Shown here in pieces: positions 1 through 7,104 of a DNA stretch of 14,443 nucleotides. Below the pieces are notes generated by a model, which was not told the DNA's origin, did not search any database, and saw only the letters and a program-made list of their open reading frames with translations. Origin of the DNA: Clostridia bacterium (GTDB lineage: Bacteria; Bacillota; Clostridia; Christensenellales; Aristaeellaceae); NCBI GenBank assembly GCA_024404275.1, contig JAKSQG010000028.1:1-14443 (forward strand). Direction: 5' to 3'. The translations under genes were made by a program, and so were the position numbers. How positions within the stretch are numbered: the first letter of the stretch is position 1; each line of letters opens with the position of its first letter.

Positions 1-191
1 TTTTGAGTTTTTTTCACTTTTTTTTGAACTTTTTTTCGAAAACGAACGGGGTTTTAGCCTCAAACAGCTATTGTTCGTGTTTTAGTCAATATATAGTGTG
101 TACGTCATTATAACCCCACAACGGGCAACGTACAGCCAAAGAAGAGCATTCGTAACTTCCTTCAAAATTGTGCTGAAAAATTGTCCGGCTC

Positions 192-220
192 TTGTCATTT
201 TTCGTGTTTGATGGTAGAAT
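192..220 (+). promoter_or_regulatory. Sigma-A/sigma-70-type promoter for the HAD-GntR-isomerase operon
   Basis: TTGTCA (192-197), a 17-nt spacer, then TAGAAT (215-220) preceded by TG at 212-213 (extended -10). An AGGGAGG RBS lies at 235-241 ahead of the ATG at 253. Motif reading only. Confidence 0.5.
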
Positions 221-252
221 AAGTCATACCTTTTAGGGAGGCAATCATAGAT

Positions 253-981
253 ATGGATCAGAACGTTAAGCTCATTGCCATGGATCTTGACGGCACACTG
301 ACACAGCATCGTTCTCTCCTCGGAGAAGAAAACCGTGCTGTGCTGAGTGAGCTCAAACAGCATTATGAGCTGCTCATGGTCGGGGCCGGCACCTGCCGCC
401 GCATATTTGATCAGATGCAGCAGTTTCCTATAAACATTATCGGCAACTACGGTATGCAGGAATCCCGCTATACAGATAAAAACGGTTTTGAACTTATCCG
501 CAGTGAGGATGCTTCCGTTGACAAAGCAGAAGTGCTTCGCCGTTCCGCCGCCATCCGCAACAAGTATGCTTTGAACACCTGGGCCGGTGAAACGCTTGAG
601 ATCCATCCGACCGGTATGCTCACCTTTCCCGTCCTGGGCACAAAGGCGCAGATCGCCGACAAGCTAAGCTATGACCCCGATAAATCCAAGCGCACTGTGA
701 TGTATCCTTTTGTAAAGGAACTCTTTTATGACTATAACGTCATGATCGGCGGCAGCTCTTCCTTTGATATCGTTCCCGGTCGCTTCGGCAAGAAGAACGC
801 GCTGACCCGCTATATGGCAGAGCACGGCTACACCATGGATCAGGTCGTCTACTGCGGCGACGATTTCGCCGAGGGCGGCAACGATCATGATGTGTATGCT
901 GCGGGCTTCCGCTTTATCAAGGTGGACCATTATCAGAATTTCGGCCGGCTCATCCGTGAAGCCGGTCTGTTGGGAGATTGA
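253..981 (+). CDS. HAD-superfamily hydrolase, subfamily IIB (Cof-like sugar-phosphate phosphatase)
   Basis: Uninterrupted 242-aa ORF ending in TGA. HAD motif I is IAMDLDGTL at the N-terminus and motif IV-like is CGDDFAEGGNDHDV near the C-terminus. The cap region between them is typical of IIB members. Confidence 0.8.
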   Translation: MDQNVKLIAMDLDGTLTQHRSLLGEENRAVLSELKQHYELLMVGAGTCRRIFDQMQQFPINIIGNYGMQESRYTDKNGFELIRSEDASVDKAEVLRRSAAIRNKYALNTWAGETLEIHPTGMLTFPVLGTKAQIADKLSYDPDKSKRTVMYPFVKELFYDYNVMIGGSSSFDIVPGRFGKKNALTRYMAEHGYTMDQVVYCGDDFAEGGNDHDVYAAGFRFIKVDHYQNFGRLIREAGLLGD

Positions 982-984
982 TTT

Positions 985-1704
985 ATGGCTACGCTCTATT
1001 CTCAGGTGGAAAACTATGTCCGTGAGGGGATCAACAACGGCCGATGGGCACCCGGTGATGTGCTGCCCAAAGAAGTCGAGTTGTGCGAGCAGTTCGGCGT
1101 CAGCCGTCCGACGGTGCGCACCGCGCTGAGCAAGCTGGTACAGGAAGGCTACATCCAGCGCATCAAGCGTAAGGGCACCGTGGTGCGTGAATGGCGCACG
1201 CTGGCTTCCTCCACCCTCTTCATCGAATCCTTCCATAAAGAACTGGAAGAAGAAGATGTGGATGTGGTGACCGAGGTGCTCGATCGCCGTCTGGTCGATG
1301 CCCCCGAGGATGTGCGCAAGCACCTGCATCTGCCCACGGGCGCAAAGATGGCGCTGCTGCGCCGGCTGTGCTATGCCCGTGACTCCTTTGCCAAGGGACC
1401 TGTTGTGCTGACCACTTCTTATCTGAATGAAAAGATCTGGCCCGTGCTGAAGGACTCCGACCTGGAGCATGTTTCGCTGCATGCCGTAACGGAGCAGTGC
1501 GACTGCAAGCGTGTGCAGATGGAAAAGGAGATCACGCTGCACTATCTGACCGTTGACGAAGCACGCATTCTGTGCGAAAGCACCGGTGCGCCTGCCTTCA
1601 AGGTCAGCACCGTCAGCTATGACCGTCACGGACGTGTGGTGGACTGGTGCGAAAGCATCTATCCCCCAAACCGCAACAAGTTTACCCTGTGCATCCGCAA
1701 GTAA
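985..1704 (+). CDS. GntR-family transcriptional regulator, HutC subfamily (wHTH plus UTRA effector domain)
   Basis: 239-aa ORF starting 3 nt after the HAD stop and ending in TAA. The N-terminal winged helix is LPKEVELCEQFGVSRPTVRTALSKLVQEGYIQRIKRKGTVV. The roughly 160-aa C-terminal length is consistent with UTRA. Confidence 0.85.
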   Translation: MATLYSQVENYVREGINNGRWAPGDVLPKEVELCEQFGVSRPTVRTALSKLVQEGYIQRIKRKGTVVREWRTLASSTLFIESFHKELEEEDVDVVTEVLDRRLVDAPEDVRKHLHLPTGAKMALLRRLCYARDSFAKGPVVLTTSYLNEKIWPVLKDSDLEHVSLHAVTEQCDCKRVQMEKEITLHYLTVDEARILCESTGAPAFKVSTVSYDRHGRVVDWCESIYPPNRNKFTLCIRK

Positions 1705-1734
1705 TCTGAATTCTATATAAAGAAGGTGTTTTGG

Positions 1735-2661
1735 TTGCGCCTTTCCACCTCCAGCAATATCTGCAATTTTGACCGCGGTCAGCCCTACATGGTGTCGTTT
1801 GAAGAAGCCCTCCGCATCTGCGCCGCCGCCGGTTACAAATACATCGATGCCAATCTTTGCGGTCTTGCCCGCCCCGGCAAGAAGGTCAGCCCTCTGACGC
1901 AGGAGGACTGGATGGAGAAGGCAAAATAGTGGCGGCAGCTGGCGGATGAGCTGGGGATCACGCTTTTGCAGGGTCACGCCTGGTGGGCCATCGGTCGCGG
2001 CGTACAGCAAGGAGAAAACCCCGGTGACGAATTCGGGGAAGAGATGATGCGCCGCAGCGTACTGGCAGCGGAGCAGTTGGGCATCCGTGAGCTGGTGGTG
2101 CACCCCTACTCGGTCTTCCGGGGCGACACAATGCTGACAGATGAGGGGTACGCCGACAATCTGCGCTATTTCAGCCGTTGGGCGGCATTTTTCAAGCAGC
2201 ACAACATGGAAATGTGCATTGAAAACATGGTTGGCAAGCCCGGCAGTGAAAACCCGAGCATCTGGGCTGACGTCACCCGTCTGTGCCGTCTTGTCGACGA
2301 GATCGGCGAGCCGCATGTGGGGACTTGTCTGGATACCGGCCATGCATTCCTGTCAGGAGATGATCCCGCCGCATGCGCGCGGCAAATGGGCAGCCGGCTC
2401 AAGGCTACACACATTGCCGACAACAAGGGCGACCGGGATGCGCACGTCTCCCCCTTCATGGGCAGTATTGACTGGCCGGAGCTGGTGCGTGCCCTGCGTG
2501 ACATCGGTTATCAGAATGATTTCTCCTTTGAAACGCAGAACCTGTCCGCCTGCTTCCCGCTGGCGGTGCAGCCGGAGATCATCCGCTTCTCGTATACGCT
2601 GGGTGAATACCTGCTCTCCGACGCACTGTTTACCGATATCGGACAGCAGCCGCCGATGTAA
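1735..2661 (+). CDS. Sugar phosphate isomerase/epimerase (xylose isomerase-like TIM barrel), interrupted by an in-frame TAG at 1927-1929
   Basis: Track ORFs 1726-1929 and 1966-2661 are in the same frame. Reading through gives ...EDWMEKAK[TAG]WRQLADELGITLLQGHAWW..., a continuous protein of about 308 aa. Family-typical motifs are present: VVHP, CIEN, LDTGH, FSFE. The likely start is TTG 1735 (M-RLSTSSNI...), 6 nt after AGAAGGTG; GTG 1726 is an alternative. The gene ends in TAA. Under code 11 it would be a pseudogene or split gene. Confidence 0.75.
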
Positions 2662-2674
2662 ACTTTGCTGATTG

Positions 2675-2711
2675 CCGCTTTCTGTATGATACAGGAAGCG
2701 GTTTTTTGTTT
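2675..2711 (+). terminator. Rho-independent terminator of the HAD-GntR-isomerase operon
   Basis: An 11-bp stem pairs 2675-2685 (CCGCTTTCTGT) with 2691-2701 (ACAGGAAGCGG), including one G-U pair. The loop is 5 nt and is followed by TTTTTTGTTT (2702-2711), 14 nt after the TAA stop. Confidence 0.75.
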
Positions 2712-2739
2712 GCGCAATCTGATTCCGCTGTGTTATAAT
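2710..2739 (+). promoter_or_regulatory. Sigma-A-type promoter for the CotH-family gene
   Basis: TTGCGC (2710-2715), an 18-nt spacer, then TATAAT (2734-2739) with TG at 2731-2732 (extended -10). GGAGG RBS at 2772-2776, 8 nt before the ATG at 2785. Confidence 0.5.
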
Positions 2740-2784
2740 ATATATCTGTACGATTTTGCCGCGTTCTGCACGGAGGCTTGAGAT

Positions 2785-4776
2785 ATGAAAAAAACATTCC
2801 TTCTGCTTATGTTCCTGCTGGCGCTGCTGCCCATTGGCGTAAGCGCCGACATCATCATCAATGAGGCCATGGCCAGCAACGGCGTGTTCCTCAATGAACG
2901 CCACGACGACTGGATCGAACTGTACAACAGCGGCAGCGACAAGGTATCGCTGGAGGGATGGTATCTGAGCAACGATCCCTTCAATCTGCACAAGTGGAGC
3001 TTTCCCGCCAAGGCTTCCATCAAAAAGGACGGCTACCTCGTTATTTATTGTACCGATGATGATGTGATCACAGGCGGTCCCTCCGGTGCCATCTATGCCA
3101 ATTTCAAACTGTCCGCCAAAGGCGAATCGGTCTATCTGACCGACCCCGACGGCAGCACGACCTCTGTGACCTTCGGTGCACAGTTTGGCAACATATCAAG
3201 CGGTATTCCAAGCGGAGGTGAGGGCTGGCATTACCTGGAGAAGTCCACCCCCGGGGCTGTCAACAGCAGCGCCGCTTATGACGCCCGTGCCAAGGAGCCT
3301 GTCATCGAAACCGCCGCCGGCTTTTACAGCGGCAGCGTCATCGTGACCATGAGCTGTGCCGAGGGACAGGAAATACGCTACACCACGGACAGCAGCGAGC
3401 CCGACCGCAATTCAACGCTGTACACGGAGCCCTTTGAGATCAAAAAGACCACGGTCATCCGCGCCCGTGCCTTTGGCAGTGAGCTGCTCGGCTCCACCAC
3501 CGCAGGCAGCACCTTCTTCATCAACGACGCCGCGGTGGATGCGTCGGTCCCCATCGTTTCCATCTATACCGATCGCGATTACTTCTTCTCCAACAAAATG
3601 GGCATCCTCGTGGAAGGCAACGCCAAGAACCCCAATTATAACCGCAACTGGGAATACCCGGTGACCATTGAGTATTTTGACGAGAACAAGACCCGTGTGA
3701 TCGCCCAGACAGGCAGCGTCAAGGTCAACGGCGGCTCCTCCCGTCAGAATCGTCAGAAAAAATCACTGGCCATTTACGCCCGCAGCGTATACGGCGGCAG
3801 CGACAGCTTTGATTATCCCTTCTTCGAAAACCGCGATTACGATTCTTATTCCACCATTCTGCTGCGCTCCACCGCCTCCGACTTCAACTCCTGCCGCTTG
3901 CGCGACGCGGTATTCGGTGAGATGAGTGACGGTCTCGGCGTCTACTATCAGGCAGGTCGCCCCATCATTGTCTTCATCAACGGCGAATACTACGGTCACT
4001 ACAATCTGCGTGAAAAGCCCAACAAGTATTCCCTGGCACAGTGGGAGGGCATTACCGACCCCGATGTCATCAAGGGCGTGGATATTCTGATGGGCACCGG
4101 CATGAACGCCACCGATGTGGTGCAGGGCAGCTCCGCCGACTGGGTGGAACTGATGAACTACTGCCGGAAGAACAAACTGGACACTCCCGAAAAACTGCAG
4201 TATGTGCTGGACAGGGTCGATATCGACAGCCTGTACAACTACGCTATCTTTAATATCATCCTCGGCAACTACGATATCGGCAACACCCGCGTATATCGTT
4301 TCCCCGGTGGAAAATGGAAGTTTATGCTGCATGACATCGAATCCGGCTGCATGGGCGACAAGAGCGATCCCCTTGGTTCCATCATCCGCAGCAAAAGCAG
4401 CAAGACCAACAACTATCCTCACTATATTCTGGCCGCGCTGCTGGAGCAGGAGGAATACAAGGATCTGTTCCTGCGCCGCACCGCGGAGATCGTCAAAAGC
4501 AATTTCCTTTATTCCGAACAGGTCAAGCCCATCTATGAAAAATGGTCCGCCAAGCTGGAAGAGCTGCTGCCGCGGCATCTGACCAAGTTCCGCAGTTTCA
4601 GCAGCATCAAAGACTGGCGTGTCAATGTGAAAGCCAGCATGTATTATGCGCGTATCCGTCCGCGCAAGATGATCGATCAGATCTGTTCCAAGCTGGGCGT
4701 CCAATCCGCCGCCAAGCAGGAGTATTTCGGTGAGGTCTTCAAGCTGCTGGACATTTACAATGCCGAAGGAACATAA
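2785..4776 (+). CDS. Secreted CotH-family protein (signal peptide, lamin-tail domain, chitobiase/hexosaminidase-C-like Ig domain, CotH kinase-like domain)
   Basis: 663-aa uninterrupted ORF ending in TAA. Signal peptide: MKKTFLLLMFLLALLPIGVSA. LTD-like segment: IIINEAMASN...DDWIELYNSGSDKVSLEGWYLSND...GYLVIYCT. CHB_HEX_C-like segment: FYSGSVIVTMSCAEGQEIRYTTDSSEPDRNSTLYTEPFEIKKTTVIRARAF. CotH-like core: SLAIYAR...LRSTASDFNSCRLRDAVF...VFINGEYYGHYNLREKP...MLHDIESG. Confidence 0.8.
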   Translation: MKKTFLLLMFLLALLPIGVSADIIINEAMASNGVFLNERHDDWIELYNSGSDKVSLEGWYLSNDPFNLHKWSFPAKASIKKDGYLVIYCTDDDVITGGPSGAIYANFKLSAKGESVYLTDPDGSTTSVTFGAQFGNISSGIPSGGEGWHYLEKSTPGAVNSSAAYDARAKEPVIETAAGFYSGSVIVTMSCAEGQEIRYTTDSSEPDRNSTLYTEPFEIKKTTVIRARAFGSELLGSTTAGSTFFINDAAVDASVPIVSIYTDRDYFFSNKMGILVEGNAKNPNYNRNWEYPVTIEYFDENKTRVIAQTGSVKVNGGSSRQNRQKKSLAIYARSVYGGSDSFDYPFFENRDYDSYSTILLRSTASDFNSCRLRDAVFGEMSDGLGVYYQAGRPIIVFINGEYYGHYNLREKPNKYSLAQWEGITDPDVIKGVDILMGTGMNATDVVQGSSADWVELMNYCRKNKLDTPEKLQYVLDRVDIDSLYNYAIFNIILGNYDIGNTRVYRFPGGKWKFMLHDIESGCMGDKSDPLGSIIRSKSSKTNNYPHYILAALLEQEEYKDLFLRRTAEIVKSNFLYSEQVKPIYEKWSAKLEELLPRHLTKFRSFSSIKDWRVNVKASMYYARIRPRKMIDQICSKLGVQSAAKQEYFGEVFKLLDIYNAEGT

Positions 4777-4793
4777 ATCATCAACATAAAAAC

Positions 4794-4840
4794 CACCCTT
4801 GCACTCGCGAAAGAAATCTCTTCTTCTCTGTGCAAGGGTG
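4794..4840. terminator. Bidirectional rho-independent terminator between the convergent CotH and solute-binding-protein genes
   Basis: A perfect 11-bp stem pairs CACCCTTGCAC (4794-4804) with GTGCAAGGGTG (4830-4840) around a 25-nt loop. It is flanked by TTATTATT on the plus side and, on the minus strand, by the T-tract that is the complement of ATAAAAA (4787-4793). Confidence 0.65.
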
Positions 4841-4871
4841 TTATTATTGAGGGTAATTGTCTTTTCTTTTG

Positions 4872-6443
4872 TTACCTTCTGAAACTGTCCAGACCGCGCA
4901 GCACCTACGGCTCGCGCACGTCACGGGCATCGGTGAACATCTCGCGCGTCAGGATGGCGCCGTTGCGGTAATACAGGCAGATGAACGGACAATCCTGCCA
5001 GAACAGATTCTGAATGTCGATGAGCGCGCTCTTATAGGAATCAAAATCCAGCGCAGCGCGCAGCTTTTTGTGCAGCGCATCCATGGAGGAATTTTTATAA
5101 CGGCCGTAGTTGCCGGTGTTGCCGCTCATCAGCAGATAGCCGGGGTCCGGCGTAAAATCGATGTTGTAGGCGCAGATGCATAAGTCATAGCTGGCGGCAT
5201 TCAGTTTTTCCTGCGCGTTTTTGAAGGTATAGGTCACCACGGAGCATTCAATGCCCACCGCCGCAAGATCATCGGCGATGCGGTTGGCCGTTTCCACGCG
5301 TACGGAATTGTCCTGCTCCTCATACACATAAAAGCGCAGATGCAGATTGGCTTTGCCGCCGTTGATGATGGTATCCCGCACGCCGTCGCCGTCGGTATCG
5401 GTCCACCCGGCTTCCTCCAGCAGCGCCATGGCCTTCTGGCGGTTGGTCTCCTGTTTGGTGGCACCATCCCAGTACGTCCAGGTATTGGGAATCAGCGGCG
5501 TATCGGTACGGGTGACCATGCCGTAATACACATTGTTGGCGATGTCGTCAATGTTGATGGCGTAGCGGATGGCCTGACGCACCCGCACATCATTCAGCTC
5601 CCGGGACGCGTTATTGAGCATGAGCACTTCCAGCTGGGTAGTGCGGAAGTCAATGTTATAAGAGTTGACGCCGCTGCGGTACTGTGCCGCCGTGATGGCG
5701 CGGGTCAGGATGGCATCGACGTTACCGTACTCGTAGTCGGTGATCAGGCTGCGGCTCTTGTCATAGAAGATCACCATGATCTGTTTATAGTCGGGTGCCT
5801 GTTTCCACCAGCCATTGTAGGCGGACAAAAGCAGATAGGAATCCTTATCGTAGATATCCAGATAATAGGCGCCTGTGCCCACGGGGTTAGCCGCCTGGAC
5901 CTCGCTGCTTTTGAGGACAGGGAAGGTCATGGCATACAGGAAACCGAAATTGGCGCGGTCTGTCGTGATGACCACGGTGGAGTTGTCACTGGCCTGAATG
6001 CTGTTGACAAAATACTTGAGGGTGGAATAGCGGCCTGTTTTTTCTTCATTCGCCAGGCGCAAAATCTCCTGCGCCGTCGCTACCACATCATAGGCTGTCA
6101 GCGGCGTGCCATCGTGAAAGGTAATGCCTTTGCGTAAATAAAAATACCATGTTTTTCCGTTCGCGGAGGAGGAGTAGCTTTCGCACAGACAGGGCTGCGG
6201 CATATAGTCATCATCCAGCTACAGCAGACCCTCGTACATCAGGTCGGTCACGCTCATGAATTCGCGCTCCACCGGCACCAGCGGATTGACCTTTTCGGTG
6301 GCCACCGAAATAATGCCGATATGCAGCGCGTCAGACACATAATCCGCCCCCGCCGTCTGCGGCATCATGGAAAGCAGCAGCACTGCCAGCAAAAGCAGGC
6401 TGTTAATGCGCGTCCGGATAGAAATGCTGGAAATAGATCGCAT
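4872..6443 (-). CDS. ABC-transporter substrate-binding protein, family 5 (peptide/nickel/opine type), with in-frame TAG at 6219-6221 and a second TAG at 4905-4907
   Basis: Track ORFs 6219-6500 and 4905-6203 are in the same frame. Read-through gives ...SVTDLMYEGLL[TAG]LDDDYMPQPCLCESYSSSANGKTWYFYLRKGITFHDG..., the canonical N-terminal region of SBP_bac_5. The probable start is ATG 6441-6443 (MRSISSISIRTRINSLLLLAVLLLSMMPQTAGA signal peptide). The standard-code end is TAG 4905-4907; reading through adds VLRGLDSFRR and then TAA at 4872-4874. Under code 11 this is a split or pseudo gene (6219-6443 plus 4905-6203). Confidence 0.7.
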
Positions 6444-7104
6444 AGGCTTCGTAAACCTTTCTTGCGTAATAGCGGGTATCATCGGTGGGGATGGTATCAA
6501 TGGTCAGCGTGTGTCCGTCCTCCGAATGGTTCATCATCCAGTACTTGACATTGTTAGCCCCGGCGTGATAGGCACTGGCCATTTTGATGGGGTCGCCGTT
6601 GAATTCCCGGCTCAGACGCCCCAGATAATAGCAGCCGTAACGGATGTTGGTCTCGGGGTCGAACATATCGTCAAAGGTGGTCTTTCCCTCTTCATCCAGC
6701 CAGCGGCAGATATCGGTGAAGGTGCCCTGCATGATCTGCATCAGTCCGCGGGCACCCACGCTGCTGACCGCCTTTGGGTCATAGCTGCTCTAACGCAGGA
6801 TGATGGCTGCCACGAAAGCGGGATGAATGTCGTTTTCGGCGGCGTACTTTTCAATCCAGTCACGGTAGCGCACCGTGTGGCGGTTGACCAGCGTTTCATA
6901 GGCGGCGGCTTCCCGCTCTCTTTCCTGCTCCAGCTGACGGAGGTTGCCCTTCATCAGACCCAGCAGCAGAATGGACAAAATCAGCAGAAGGCTCAGCACG
7001 ATGACTGTTTTAAGCGGAAAAGGCGCTTTCATGGAAAAGAACAGCACTGGTCGCTTCTTTTCCTGTTCGGAACGCCGTCTGCGAACCGTCTGATCTTCAC
7101 TCAT
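6403..7104 (-). CDS. Membrane-anchored lytic transglycosylase (SLT domain, GH23), interrupted by an in-frame TAG at 6790-6792
   Basis: Track ORFs 6790-7176 and 6403-6759 are in the same frame. Read-through gives ...HPAFVAAIILR[TAG]SSYDPKAVSSVGARGLMQIMQGT...AYHAGANNV, the SLT signature, with the TAG at the catalytic Glu of the E-S motif. The N-terminus has a basic stretch followed by a TM helix (TVIVLSLLLILSILLLGL). The likely start is ATG 7102-7104 (MSEDQ...), which overlaps the coaE stop as ATGAGTGA. The gene ends in TAA. Confidence 0.75.

Noticed and set aside
51-87. Two copies of GTTTTAG(C/T)C (51-59 and 79-87), reminiscent of the start of type II CRISPR repeats.
   Set aside because: There are only two 9-nt copies spaced 28 nt apart. 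There is no full-length repeat of about 36 nt, no further units and no cas genes. The pattern is more simply explained as part of a weak hairpin/T-tract region.
99-134. A 7-bp inverted repeat, TGTACGT (99-105) and ACGTACA (128-134), considered as a possible GntR/HutC operator.
   Set aside because: The arms are short and separated by 22 nt. They lie about 60-95 nt upstream of the predicted -35 rather than overlapping the promoter. They do not extend into a typical HutC palindrome. This cannot be distinguished from chance without comparative data.
2141-2671. A 176-aa alternative-frame ORF on the same strand inside the isomerase gene, and other short overlapping ORFs (for example 887-1129, 3356-3664, 4202-4582, 7103-7828, 12786-13250).
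   Set aside because: They are off-frame relative to strongly supported genes. Their composition is Arg/Ser/Pro/Ala/Cys-rich, as is typical of frame-shifted GC-rich coding sequence. They have no RBS and no family signatures.
1927-6792. Pyrrolysine as the explanation for the in-frame TAG codons.
   Set aside because: The affected genes (TIM-barrel isomerase, SBP, SLT) are not methylamine methyltransferases, and no pyl genes are in the window. One TAG replaces a catalytic Glu, where a bulky Pyl residue would not be functional. This cannot be formally excluded without the full genome, but it is not the favoured reading.
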